32,000 nt of DNA, from assembly GCA_030614005.1 (NCBI GenBank), contig JAUWKS010000013.1, forward strand, positions 1 to 32,000, given 5' to 3'. This DNA comes from Candidatus Heimdallarchaeota archaeon. GTDB lineage: Archaea; Asgardarchaeota; Heimdallarchaeia; JABLTI01. Positions 17,867 through 27,536 of this stretch are shown here, in pieces (the first letter of the stretch is position 1; the number at the start of each line of letters is the position of its first letter). The notes beneath the pieces are model-generated. The model saw nothing but the letters and a program-made list of their open reading frames with translations. It did not search any database and was not told where the DNA came from. Both the position numbers and the translations under genes were made by a program.

Positions 17867-19747
17867 ATGGCAAAAGCTATAGGTATAGATTTAGGAACAA
17901 CAAATTCCGCAATTGCATTTATGGAAGGAGGTAATCCAACTATCATTCCAAATGCAGAAGGAGGAAGAATCACTCCCTCTATTGTAACAATTACAAAAGA
18001 CGGAGAACATATAGTAGGGGACATTGCAAAGCGGCAAGCAATCTCCAAACCTGAGAGAACAATTCGTTCAATAAAAAGAAAGATGGGTTCTACTCATAAA
18101 GTAACTATTGATAACAAATCTTACACTCCACAAGAAATCTCGGCAATGATTTTACGTAAATTGAAGAAAGATGCCGAAGATTATCTTGGTGAGGAAATAA
18201 AAGAGGCAGTTATTACTTGTCCAGCATACTTTACAGATAGTCAAAGGCAAGCTACTAAAGATGCCGGAAAAATCGCTGGTCTCGAAGTTTTAAGAATCAT
18301 TAACGAACCAACATCAGCATGCTTGGCGTACGGTGTTGGAAAGAATAAAGAAGAAACTATACTCGTTTTTGATCTTGGTGGTGGAACATTTGATGTTTCA
18401 ATTCTTGAAACTGCTGAAGGGCTTTTTGAAGTAAAAGCAACCAGTGGAAACACCCTCCTAGGTGGAGATGATTTTGATGATCGGATTATGGAAACAGTAT
18501 TTGATTATTTCAAAAAAGAAGCAGGAGTTGATTTGAAAAAAGATGCTTCTGCTGTTCAAAGAGTAAAAGAAGGTTCTGAAAAAGCTAAAATTGAGCTTTC
18601 CAATAAGCAAAGGGCAACAATTGATATTCCTTTCATTACTGTAGACAAAGCTGGTAAACCAAAGAATCTCAACTATGAAATTACAAGGGCACAATTCCAA
18701 GGAATGACTGCAGACTTAGTAGAAAAAACCATGGGACCAACTCGTCAAGCATTAAAGGATTCCAAGAAAAAACCAGCAGATATTGACAAAGTTCTGCTTG
18801 TAGGTGGAGCTACAAGAATGCCAGCAATTAGAGATGCAATCGCTAAAATGTTTGGCGAAGAGAAAATCTACAAAGGAATTAATCCTGATGAATGTGTTGC
18901 TGTAGGTGCAGCAATTCAAGCTGGTATCATTAAAGGAGATGTAAAAGATGTTTTGCTTTTAGATGTAACTCCATTAACCTTAGGAATTGAAACCTTAGGA
19001 CAAGTATACACACCAATGGTTGATAGAAATACTACTATCCCTACAAGTAAGAGTCAAATTTTCTCAACAGCAAGCGAAAATCAACCTAGTGTTGAAATTC
19101 ATGTCCTACAGGGAGAACGAAAATTCTCCAAGGACAACAAAACGTTGGGAAGATTCCAATTAATAGGTATACCCCCTGCTCCAAGAGGAGTTCCACAAAT
19201 CGAAGTAACTTTTGATATAGATGTCAATGGAATTGTTTCAGTTAAAGCAAAAGATATGGGTACTGGAAACGAACAAAAGGTAACAGTAACTTCTCCAAGT
19301 GGAATTCATAAGGAAGATATTGAACGTATGGTTAAAGACGCAGAACAATATGAAGCTGAAGACCAAAAACGATTAGATGAAGTGCAATTAAAGAACGAAG
19401 CTGATGCTCTTGTCTATGGTGTAGATAAAACGCTCAAAGACTTAGAAGGAAAAATCAGTGAAGATGAAGTGAGTCAAATCAAAGAAAAACAAGAAGAATT
19501 GAGGCAAGCACTAACCACTGATAACAGCGATCAAATTAAACAAAAGAAAGATGCTTTAATGGAAACATTGAATGAAATCGTTTCAAAAGTTTACCAACAA
19601 GCTGGCGGACAACCAGGAGCAGCTGGATTTGACCCAAGTCAATTTGCTGAAGGTGCAGGTGCATCCTTTGCTCCTCCAGGCACGTCTGCAGAACCTGAAC
19701 ATGTTGTTGACGTTGATTACGAAGTTACAGATGATGAAGACGAATAA
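17867..19747 (+). CDS. dnaK: Molecular chaperone DnaK (Hsp70)
   Basis: [68 protein letters not shown]. Confidence 0.99.
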   Translation: MAKAIGIDLGTTNSAIAFMEGGNPTIIPNAEGGRITPSIVTITKDGEHIVGDIAKRQAISKPERTIRSIKRKMGSTHKVTIDNKSYTPQEISAMILRKLKKDAEDYLGEEIKEAVITCPAYFTDSQRQATKDAGKIAGLEVLRIINEPTSACLAYGVGKNKEETILVFDLGGGTFDVSILETAEGLFEVKATSGNTLLGGDDFDDRIMETVFDYFKKEAGVDLKKDASAVQRVKEGSEKAKIELSNKQRATIDIPFITVDKAGKPKNLNYEITRAQFQGMTADLVEKTMGPTRQALKDSKKKPADIDKVLLVGGATRMPAIRDAIAKMFGEEKIYKGINPDECVAVGAAIQAGIIKGDVKDVLLLDVTPLTLGIETLGQVYTPMVDRNTTIPTSKSQIFSTASENQPSVEIHVLQGERKFSKDNKTLGRFQLIGIPPAPRGVPQIEVTFDIDVNGIVSVKAKDMGTGNEQKVTVTSPSGIHKEDIERMVKDAEQYEAEDQKRLDEVQLKNEADALVYGVDKTLKDLEGKISEDEVSQIKEKQEELRQALTTDNSDQIKQKKDALMETLNEIVSKVYQQAGGQPGAAGFDPSQFAEGAGASFAPPGTSAEPEHVVDVDYEVTDDEDE

Positions 19748-19756
19748 AAATAACTT

Positions 19757-19793
19757 TGGAAGTAGAACTACTTCCATCCTACTCTTTTTTTTT
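19757..19793 (+). terminator. Hairpin plus oligo-T terminator after dnaK
   Basis: tggaagtag-aa-ctacttcca perfect 9-bp inverted repeat (19757-19776) followed by a T9 tract. Confidence 0.7.
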
Positions 19794-19841
19794 ATTATAG
19801 TATTTTCTAAAAGATTTCTATTGTAACTGTTTAAAATGAAA

Positions 19842-20711
19842 TTACAATGGAACTTTCTTGCCGTATTTATCGCGACCAAATTTACCGAAATCCGATACTT
19901 TTTGAAGTTGATCTTGGTTCAATACTGGTCCATCTATACATAACCGTAGACCAAGAGGATCTACAGTGCATTGCCCACATAGTCCTATAGCACATTTGAA
20001 ATAACGATCGGCTAAACAGGCTTGAAATGGGATGTGTTTTGTTTCTGTAATTTTAAATGCAGAATACATCATTAGTTCTGGACCACAAGAGTAAACGTGA
20101 TCGTATATTGCTCCTTCTTCAAAACTTGATTCAAAACAATTTGTAGAAAACCCTTCATATCCAAATGAACCATCATCTGTGCTTGGTTTGTAGATAAAGT
20201 TAGCATTTTTGTTTTCTAATTTTTCAAAATATTTTTTGTAAGCTAGTTCTTCTACAGCTCTTGCACCATGGAATAAAGTTACTTTTAGCTTCTTACTAAG
20301 AGCATCTTCAACAAGAAATTTGGTTGGTGCTATTCCTGTGCCACCTCCAATAATGGCCACTTTTTTGCCCTTTAGAGTGAAACCCTTGCCATATGGTCCT
20401 CGTATTCCTAAAAGATCTCCCTTTTTTAATCTATGAATTGCTTCTGTAGCTTTGCCTATTTTTGCTACAGCAAAAGATAAGGTTCCTTTATCAGGTTTAC
20501 AACTAGCAATTCCCATTGGTTTTTCATCAACGTTATATAACCATAGCATTGCAAATTGTCCGGGAGAAGCGAATTTAGCTATTTCAGGGATAGTTAAAGT
20601 GATTGACTTTATTGGTACTCGACAATCATTTGGTGTAAGATTAGTAATTTCATCAATAGGAACCACTTTCAATGTTCCAAGTTTCTGTATTGTCATCTTT
20701 TTTTCTCCCAA
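19842..20711 (-). CDS. pyrK: Dihydroorotate dehydrogenase electron transfer subunit
   Basis: PGQFAMLW, RGPYGKGF, GGGTGIAP, CGPELMM, CAIGLCGQC, LCIDGPV; probable ATG start at 20696. Confidence 0.93.
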   Translation of the reverse strand: MGEKKMTIQKLGTLKVVPIDEITNLTPNDCRVPIKSITLTIPEIAKFASPGQFAMLWLYNVDEKPMGIASCKPDKGTLSFAVAKIGKATEAIHRLKKGDLLGIRGPYGKGFTLKGKKVAIIGGGTGIAPTKFLVEDALSKKLKVTLFHGARAVEELAYKKYFEKLENKNANFIYKPSTDDGSFGYEGFSTNCFESSFEEGAIYDHVYSCGPELMMYSAFKITETKHIPFQACLADRYFKCAIGLCGQCTVDPLGLRLCIDGPVLNQDQLQKVSDFGKFGRDKYGKKVPL

Positions 20712-20712
20712 A

Positions 20713-21642
20713 CTAATCTGTATGTGCTAATCCTATTAAATCTGAAGCTATCTTGAACCCTTCAGTTTTCAAATATTGTTGTAATCCTTCTGCTAAATCA
20801 TTGAATATTGATATTTTCAACGGATCTTGACAATATGCCAATGCTGTTCCTATTTGAACAGCTGATGCACCAGCTAACATAAACTCAACAACATCTTCCC
20901 ACTTTGAAACTCCGCCTACGCCAACAATGGGTATTTTATCTCCGAAAGCAGAATAAAGGTCATAGATACATTTTACCGCAATAGGTTTCACTGCCGTACC
21001 CGATAATCCTCCAAATTTATTAGCAAGGATTGGTTTTCGGTAATTAATATCAATAGCCATCGCTCGTACAGTATTGATAACAACTAATGCATCTGCCCCA
21101 CCATCAATTGCTGCCTGAGCAGGTATTGTAAGATCAGTTAAATTAGGAGAAATTTTCACCAAGATTGGTTTTGAAATTGCTTTTTTGACTTGTTGAGTAA
21201 TTTCCTTAACTAGATCTGGATCTTGACCAATAATTGCACCATAACGACCTCCATGTGGGCATGATATATTTAACTCATAGGCATCTGGTTTTCCTTTGGA
21301 AAGTGTTTTTGCTACATGAACAAATTCATTCACTGATTCTCCAAAAATGCTCGCTATTATTGGTACATTAGTTCGGTTCTTTGTTTCTTTAATCTCCTTA
21401 TAGAAGACATCGCAACCAGGATTTGGTAATCCCATCGCATTTATTAGTGAACCATTTCCTAATTCTATAACAGTTGGATTTGGATAACCTGATTTTGGTT
21501 CCGGACCAATAGATTTGGTAACGATTGCTCCACAACCCATTTCAGCAATACGAGTCATTATTGATGCTGTGACACCAAGGACACCTGAAGCAAGCATAAA
21601 TGGGTTGTTCATTTTTAATCCGCAAAGATTTGTCTCAATCAA
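20713..21642 (-). CDS. pyrD: Dihydroorotate dehydrogenase family 1B catalytic subunit
   Basis: NPFMLASG, NAMGLPNPG, ELNISCPH, VKISPN, GGLSGTAVKP, GASAVQIGTA; TTG start. Confidence 0.96.
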   Translation of the reverse strand: MIETNLCGLKMNNPFMLASGVLGVTASIMTRIAEMGCGAIVTKSIGPEPKSGYPNPTVIELGNGSLINAMGLPNPGCDVFYKEIKETKNRTNVPIIASIFGESVNEFVHVAKTLSKGKPDAYELNISCPHGGRYGAIIGQDPDLVKEITQQVKKAISKPILVKISPNLTDLTIPAQAAIDGGADALVVINTVRAMAIDINYRKPILANKFGGLSGTAVKPIAVKCIYDLYSAFGDKIPIVGVGGVSKWEDVVEFMLAGASAVQIGTALAYCQDPLKISIFNDLAEGLQQYLKTEGFKIASDLIGLAHTD

Positions 21643-21743
21643 GCTGAAGATTCTCCTCTATAATCATTCAACTAGTTGATTTCAAAAATCTTTGGATGTT
21701 GAATAACCTTAGAGCTGAAAAATCGAAAAAGAGAAAAGGAATA

Positions 21744-21774
21744 CTTGGAATGAATTAATAAATTGTATTCCAAG
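21744..21774 (-). terminator. Hairpin with downstream U-rich tract overlapping the end of the truncated MBL ORF
   Basis: CTTGGAAT-N15-ATTCCAAG inverted repeat; on the minus strand it is followed by tattccttttctcttttt. Confidence 0.5.
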
Positions 21775-21991
21775 CATAGATATTATCATAAAAGGAGTTC
21801 ATATTGGCAAAGCTAACAAGACCAATATAACCATGAGTAAGAAAAATTGCTTGTGATTTGTCTGCAAATTTATTAATCGTTTCTTTTTCAGATAGTAAAG
21901 CGGGATTCATAGGGTAAAAGGGATCAATAAGGATTCCGTGTTCAGCATCAGAGATATGAAATCCTGCTGTACCTAACCAAGTGATATTCAT
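21755..21991 (-). pseudogene. Truncated metallo-beta-lactamase-fold hydrolase (UlaG/UPF0173-like)
   Basis: MNITWLGTAGF, ILIDPF, AIFLTHG, then the HxHxDH motif breaks (THGYIG) and a stop follows 25 codons later; I saw no recognisable continuation in the other frames. Confidence 0.75.
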
Positions 21992-22268
21992 AATGCTCGC
22001 CTACAAATTTTGTTTAAAAATTATTTCTTCTCTGCCTTTTTATTTTTTTTATCATTGAAATAGAGTAGCGTAATTCTTCATATGGTTGGTTCGATTAGAA
22101 TCTGGGTGTGCGAAAAGAGCAGCTATGAATAAACTTAATCTATAATTAAAAACGCTTTAGATTGATTTTTTTCTATGAGATATTGATTAACATCACAGAA
22201 AAAACTCTTAAAATAACAATAAATTTAATTCAAACATCTATTAAAAAAAACAGGAATAAAAAAAAGAT

Positions 22269-22502
22269 TTATCCGCCCTCTGTACGGGCGATTAGATATA
22301 CTTTCTCATAATCGGTGATTCCGACTTCTTCAAATGTTTCGTTATCATCAAGTTGTCTTCCACGGAAAACAACTATTACCGCGCTAGCTGGAATTCTCTT
22401 CTGCCGTGATATTTCCCTTTTCAATTCAGCAATAGTTGAATTAGGTTTCACTTCACAATCGATTACTCCTCCACCAATCGCGGATACAACTCTTACAATC
22501 AT
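22269..22502 (-). CDS. Ubiquitin-like protein (eukaryote-type Ub fold, exposed C-terminal GG)
   Basis: 77 aa; TIAELKREI, VVFRGRQLDD, VYLIARTEGG parallel Ub/NEDD8 patterns; AGGTGA SD upstream. Confidence 0.9.
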   Translation of the reverse strand: MIVRVVSAIGGGVIDCEVKPNSTIAELKREISRQKRIPASAVIVVFRGRQLDDNETFEEVGITDYEKVYLIARTEGG

Positions 22503-22621
22503 CTTGATTTTTCACCTTAGATTTAGTTTTACATTAACTGTATAGATTTTATCTCTACTACAGTTTGAGCTAATATACAATATAAACCATTTCAAATGGA
22601 ACATTAGCTCTTCTCACCTAT

Positions 22622-23383
22622 TTATTCAATTACTATTGCTTTTTGCTTATTTATTAAAGCTCCCATTAATCCCCCACCGAAGCCATTATCAATATTTACT
22701 ACTGCAACATTTGGTGCACAGCTGTTTAACATGGTTAGCATAGCAGAAATCCCTTTCATATTTGCCCCATAACCTACAGATGTTGGAACAGCGATGACAG
22801 GGCAAGCAGCAAGCCCGGCAACAACAGAAGGAAGCGCACCTTCCATACCAGCTATTGCTACAATAGCATTCGCAGAGAAAATTTTATCACGGTAATGAAG
22901 CAAACGATGAATACCAGCAACTCCGGCATCATAGATTCGAGTAATATTTGCGCCCATTATTTCGGCTGTTAAAGCAGCTTCTTCCGCAACAGGAATATCT
23001 GCTGTACCACCGCAAATAATCAATAAAGAACCAACCTTTTTTCTTTGGATTCTATCAAGATAAATGATTCTTGCTTGGGGGCAAAATTGTAAGTTTTTAT
23101 CAACCTTTTTCAATTCGTTGTAAATTTCTTCAGTTGCTCGGGTTAATAGGATATTCTCATTTCGTTCGCTAAGAGAAGCGTATATACCCTTGATTTGTTC
23201 TAATGTTTTACCTGGACAATAAACCACTTCTGGAAAACCTTTCCTTAAAGCTCGATGATGATCTACTTTTGCATAACCAAGGTCTTCAAAAGGGAGATCT
23301 TTGAGTTTAGCTACTACAGTATCAAGAGAAACGCGATTTTCTTTATATTCTTCCAGTAATTTCTTTAGTTTATTTTGATCCAT
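22622..23383 (-). CDS. larB: Nickel-pincer cofactor biosynthesis carboxylase/hydrolase LarB
   Basis: VDHHRALRKGFPEVVY, GTADIPVAEEA, DAGVAGIHRL, AGMEGALPSVVAGL, PTSVGYG, VVNIDNGFG. Confidence 0.93.
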   Translation of the reverse strand: MDQNKLKKLLEEYKENRVSLDTVVAKLKDLPFEDLGYAKVDHHRALRKGFPEVVYCPGKTLEQIKGIYASLSERNENILLTRATEEIYNELKKVDKNLQFCPQARIIYLDRIQRKKVGSLLIICGGTADIPVAEEAALTAEIMGANITRIYDAGVAGIHRLLHYRDKIFSANAIVAIAGMEGALPSVVAGLAACPVIAVPTSVGYGANMKGISAMLTMLNSCAPNVAVVNIDNGFGGGLMGALINKQKAIVIE

Positions 23384-23424
23384 AATTTTTTCACCTTGAA
23401 TGTAATTTTCAGACCAGATTGTAT

Positions 23425-24228
23425 CTACTTCTGAGTTTTATTCATTGAACCTTTCTTGTATCCATTTAAATCCAATGTTGCATAATCGAAACCAATTTCT
23501 TTAAATCTAGTCATTATTTTTTCAGCATTTTCAACAAGTATTGGAAAATCAGCGGGGGATACTTCAACTCGAGCAAGTAATCCATGAACTCGGACACGAA
23601 GTCGAAGAATATTTAATTCCTTCAAATATTCTTCTGCTTGATAAACCATAGCTAACTTCTCTTTCGTTATTTTCTCTCCAAAGAAAAAGCGTGTAGCTAA
23701 ACAAGGAGATGAGGGTTTATCCCAGCAGGCTAGACCAAGCTGTTTTGAAAACAACCTGATTTCTTCTTTCGTTAGCTGGGCATCGATTAAGGGACTTTTA
23801 ACAGAGTATTCTTGAACTGCCTGATAACCAGGACGATAATCATCTAAATCATCGAAATTAGAACCTTCAATGAGTTGTCCAGAGATTTTGTGTGTTTTGC
23901 AATATTGTTGTATAGCTTCTATTGTACCTTTCTTACAAATATAGCATCTATCTGGAGGATTGTCTTCAAACCAGGAATAATCCATTTCTGAAGTATCAAT
24001 AATCAAATGTTTTATTCCAATATCTTTTGCAAGAAGTTTTGCTTCTTCGAGTTCATGACTTGGAAATTGGGGTGTATCTAGCGTCAGAGCAATTGCTTTA
24101 TCGCCTAACACATTAAAAACAACTTGAGCTAAAAAAGTACTATCGACCCCTCCAGAGAAGGCAATTACTACCTCTTTCATTTCTGCAAGGATCAAATCTA
24201 ATTCTTCTATTTTATTTCTTTTATTCAT
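23425..24228 (-). CDS. larE: ATP-dependent sulfur transferase LarE
   Basis: PP-loop AFSGGVDS, RCYICK, GSNFDDLDDYRPG, WDKPSSPCLATR, RLRVRVHG. Confidence 0.93.
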   Translation of the reverse strand: MNKRNKIEELDLILAEMKEVVIAFSGGVDSTFLAQVVFNVLGDKAIALTLDTPQFPSHELEEAKLLAKDIGIKHLIIDTSEMDYSWFEDNPPDRCYICKKGTIEAIQQYCKTHKISGQLIEGSNFDDLDDYRPGYQAVQEYSVKSPLIDAQLTKEEIRLFSKQLGLACWDKPSSPCLATRFFFGEKITKEKLAMVYQAEEYLKELNILRLRVRVHGLLARVEVSPADFPILVENAEKIMTRFKEIGFDYATLDLNGYKKGSMNKTQK

Positions 24229-24251
24229 GATGTATCATTCAACAGGTTATT

Positions 24252-25478
24252 TTATGGTATGGCGAAAGTAAAGTTAATTGTCTTTACATCATCCCATGTC
24301 TTGCCGAATTTATTGTCTAAATGGGCAGTTGCTGTTATAGTGTACTCTCCACCATCAATTAGCAATCCATCTTCTACCCAAGCACCGATACTCATAGTTT
24401 TTTGTCCCTCGAAATTATACACAAGCGCCCAACCACCTTCACCCAGAACTTCACCACTTGTTTGGTTAGTTATTGTTAAAGTGAAAGATTGAAACCTTTG
24501 ATGCCAATGTCCTGGATTATTTATGGTGACTTCTGTAAATACAAACCAATGTTTCCCTCCAGTTACATCATAGGAATCTGTTTTATTGTAATCTAGATCA
24601 ACAATTCCTAAATGAGTCCCCCAATTAGCATCTAAAGTGTCTACTATTGGAACTAAAATAATAAGCCCGAGGACAATACCAGGTATAACAAAATGTTTCT
24701 TTTTCACTACTTTTTGATAGAAACTTCTCGAAATTTCCGCGAAGGTTTTTTCTCCATTCGAATCATTAGCTTCCTTTTTGGCAGTCTTTTCTTTAGAACC
24801 AGTTTCATCTCCAAAAACTTTCTTATCGTCAAAAACATCCGACTCTTGTTCTTCTTCGTCTTTACCCGTCATACTGAAAACAATGGATGCAAGGAAAACA
24901 ACACCAATAACAACTATAAGCACAGTTCGACCACTTGAACTTTGGAAGTAACTATAAATCCCACCTAGGTAGGGAATTCGACCAACAATTTTACCAACAA
25001 CTCGATCTTCGTGTATATTTAATTCATCAATTCTAATGAATTGAATAAATTCATCATTGGTTAAGTAATTATCACCTTTCGTAGTGAACCAGTAATCACC
25101 AGTTCCATCTTGATACACACGAGTCACCCTATGGACAATCGGGACGTCAACATCCTCTGTGTGATTTATATAATTAAAGACGATTGCATCTCCAACTTTT
25201 ATGGTGGATGGGTCTACTCCTCGAACAATAAGCATATCTTTCCTGATGTCATTTTCTCCACAAAATTCTTCTCTATTTGAACCCCAGTAAGATGGTTCCA
25301 TAGATTCACTAGTAACTACAACGAGTGGAGAGCTTGTATGCAGGAATACTCCTAGAACCTGATTGAAAGTAAGAACTAAGATTACAGCAACAATGATGAA
25401 GAATCCTATTTCAATAATGTCTTTTCTCCAAGTAGTTTTACTTTGTTTTTTAGAAATTTTTTCTGCTTTTTGTGACAA
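24252..25478 (-). CDS. sec11: Signal peptidase I (SEC11/ER-type) with extra TM and beta-rich C-terminal domain
   Basis: VVVTSESMEP (catalytic Ser), PIVHRV (His), TKGDN, VVGKIVGRIPYLG; ~200 extra C-terminal residues; TTG start. Confidence 0.9.
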   Translation of the reverse strand: MSQKAEKISKKQSKTTWRKDIIEIGFFIIVAVILVLTFNQVLGVFLHTSSPLVVVTSESMEPSYWGSNREEFCGENDIRKDMLIVRGVDPSTIKVGDAIVFNYINHTEDVDVPIVHRVTRVYQDGTGDYWFTTKGDNYLTNDEFIQFIRIDELNIHEDRVVGKIVGRIPYLGGIYSYFQSSSGRTVLIVVIGVVFLASIVFSMTGKDEEEQESDVFDDKKVFGDETGSKEKTAKKEANDSNGEKTFAEISRSFYQKVVKKKHFVIPGIVLGLIILVPIVDTLDANWGTHLGIVDLDYNKTDSYDVTGGKHWFVFTEVTINNPGHWHQRFQSFTLTITNQTSGEVLGEGGWALVYNFEGQKTMSIGAWVEDGLLIDGGEYTITATAHLDNKFGKTWDDVKTINFTFAIP

Positions 25479-25606
25479 ATTTGTTGTGCTTCCTTTTCGT
25501 TAGTCTAGTGGTGAATTATTGATACTTAAATAAAATACTTTTCCTCAATTTTCTTAATATCAAGAGATAATAAGGATTATTAAGAGCTAACTAAATCTGT
25601 ATTCTT

Positions 25607-26161
25607 ATGAAAATCGAAGAGGCAATAGATGAAAAGCATAGCTTTATTCTTGTTGGATGTAATACCGCTAAAGAAAGAGATGGCATGAGTGAGTTGTGGC
25701 ACGTTCTAATAAAATATTGCAACATTGACCCTATAGAAGCATTTGAGCTGCCAATAAGAGGTCTCTATCTAATAGCCATAACAGAAAACCCCAAAGAAAT
25801 TGTTGCAGCAATAGGTTCAGTTGCCAAAGAGAAAAAATTCGATTTTCAAATTAGTAGAAAATTTATTCCCATCAATGAAATGATTGAAGGCTCTTTGGAT
25901 TATCTTGCAGAAAGAATCACTCCTTACCTTGAAAAAATACCTAAAAAAGCTCAATGGAGAATCACAATAAATAGAAGACATACCAAACTGAAAAAGGCTG
26001 ACATTATTGAAAAAATAGCTCTTTTACCTCAAGCACCGAAAGGCAAAGTAAACTTATCTAACCCTGATTGGGAGATTATCATAGAGGTTTTTGGTAGGTG
26101 GATCGGATTTAGTGTTTGTCCCGCAAATAGTGTTTTTAAAATCGCTGAAACTGAAGTTTGA
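25607..26161 (+). CDS. Stand-alone THUMP domain protein
   Basis: RKFIPI, WRITINRRH, KVNLSNPDWEIIIEVFG typical of THUMP. Confidence 0.85.
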   Translation: MKIEEAIDEKHSFILVGCNTAKERDGMSELWHVLIKYCNIDPIEAFELPIRGLYLIAITENPKEIVAAIGSVAKEKKFDFQISRKFIPINEMIEGSLDYLAERITPYLEKIPKKAQWRITINRRHTKLKKADIIEKIALLPQAPKGKVNLSNPDWEIIIEVFGRWIGFSVCPANSVFKIAETEV

Positions 26162-26180
26162 AGTCAAAGTAACTCATATA

Positions 26181-26798
26181 TCATTTCCAAATATTAAGTA
26201 AAGCTGATTTTTCAATCGCTATTTTCTCTATTATTTCATCTCGAGAGTTTTTAGTTTGGCGGAGAAATAACTGTATTTCTTTCTCAGCTATTTCGAGGTT
26301 TGACAAAATTTTCTTTTCATTCGTCATTGAAAAATCACTAACATCTAATCGGAAATTAGTATATTCAATATTTCTTGTTTTCAGGAATTCTTCAAAATCA
26401 AAAAATCCTTCCTTTGAAGGAGAGTGATTCTCCTCTGCTTGATTTAATTTGATATGCAAAGTTATTACTTCTTTGGATTCTATATTTAAGCCAACTTTTT
26501 CTATTGCTTTACTAATCTGCCTATAACCTGATAAATAGAGCAAAATTTCTGTATTCAATGTTTTAGCTAGATTATTTTTTTGCTTAAAAGCTTGCAATGA
26601 ATAATGTATACATGCTTTAAGATGTTGAAATCCCGCAACACTTCCAGAATCGATAATTAGAAGGTAATTATGCTTATCAAGCAATTTTTTTTCTGCTCGG
26701 ACCAGTTCCTTTACCATTTCAATGATCTGATTACTGGAGAATTTTTTTGTAAATGTTGCAAGAGAGATTTCTATCTGATGTGAATCTAACAATATCAT
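26181..26798 (-). CDS. cgi121: KEOPS complex subunit Cgi121
   Basis: VAGFQHLKACI, NLAKTLNTEILLYLSGYRQISKAIEKVG, AIEKSALL. Confidence 0.92.
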   Translation of the reverse strand: MILLDSHQIEISLATFTKKFSSNQIIEMVKELVRAEKKLLDKHNYLLIIDSGSVAGFQHLKACIHYSLQAFKQKNNLAKTLNTEILLYLSGYRQISKAIEKVGLNIESKEVITLHIKLNQAEENHSPSKEGFFDFEEFLKTRNIEYTNFRLDVSDFSMTNEKKILSNLEIAEKEIQLFLRQTKNSRDEIIEKIAIEKSALLNIWK

Positions 26799-26904
26799 GA
26801 ATATACACCGATTGTTTACTTAACTAATGGTAGTAATATTAAAACTTTTAATATTCTCCTAAAGTTTGACGAAAATTAAAAGAACATAGAGGTTATATCA
26901 AAAA

Positions 26905-27492
26905 GTGAATAAGATGTCTGATAATATTATTGTCTTTACACCCCAAAATATCTGGGATAAATTATTTGATTTAGCTCAACAAATCAAACAAGCAGATTTC
27001 ACTCCAGATGTTATTATCGGGATACTTAGAGGTGGGCTAGAAGTTACACGCACATTGAGTGATTTACTTGAAATAAAGCAAGTATCTACTTTTGGTGTAG
27101 GATTTTACAAAGGAATAAATGAAACTCTCAAGGAACCACAACTCACACAGGAATTGCTCTATGACGTAAAAAATAAGCATGTTCTATTAGTGGATGATGT
27201 TGTTGACACCGGAAAAAGTATGGCTTTTGCAATGAAATATCTGGAAATGAAAAAAGTTAACACCTATAAAACTGCAACTATTCACTATAAACCACAAGCA
27301 ATCTATAAGCCAGATTTTTTTGTAGAAGAAACATCAAATTGGATCGTCTATCCATGGGAGTACGTTGAATTTTCAAAACTATTTATTAGCAAACAAAGGG
27401 CCAATAACAAAACCTACCAGCAAATAGCTATTTCTCTTAAAAAATTGGGTATTCCAAAAAAAGTAGTTGATGATATTTTACCTGAAAATTAA
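26905..27492 (+). CDS. Purine phosphoribosyltransferase (HPRT/XPRT-like)
   Basis: IGILRGG, VLLVDDVVDTGKSM, WIVYPWE. Confidence 0.88.
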   Translation: MNKMSDNIIVFTPQNIWDKLFDLAQQIKQADFTPDVIIGILRGGLEVTRTLSDLLEIKQVSTFGVGFYKGINETLKEPQLTQELLYDVKNKHVLLVDDVVDTGKSMAFAMKYLEMKKVNTYKTATIHYKPQAIYKPDFFVEETSNWIVYPWEYVEFSKLFISKQRANNKTYQQIAISLKKLGIPKKVVDDILPEN

Positions 27493-27507
27493 AAAGTGAA
27501 TTATTTA

Positions 27508-27528
27508 CCCTCTGATTTTTTCAGAAGG
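27508..27528. terminator. Short hairpin between convergent genes
   Basis: ccctctga-ttttt-tcagaagg near-perfect inverted repeat in the 44-nt gap. Confidence 0.4.
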
Positions 27529-27536
27529 CAAATTGC

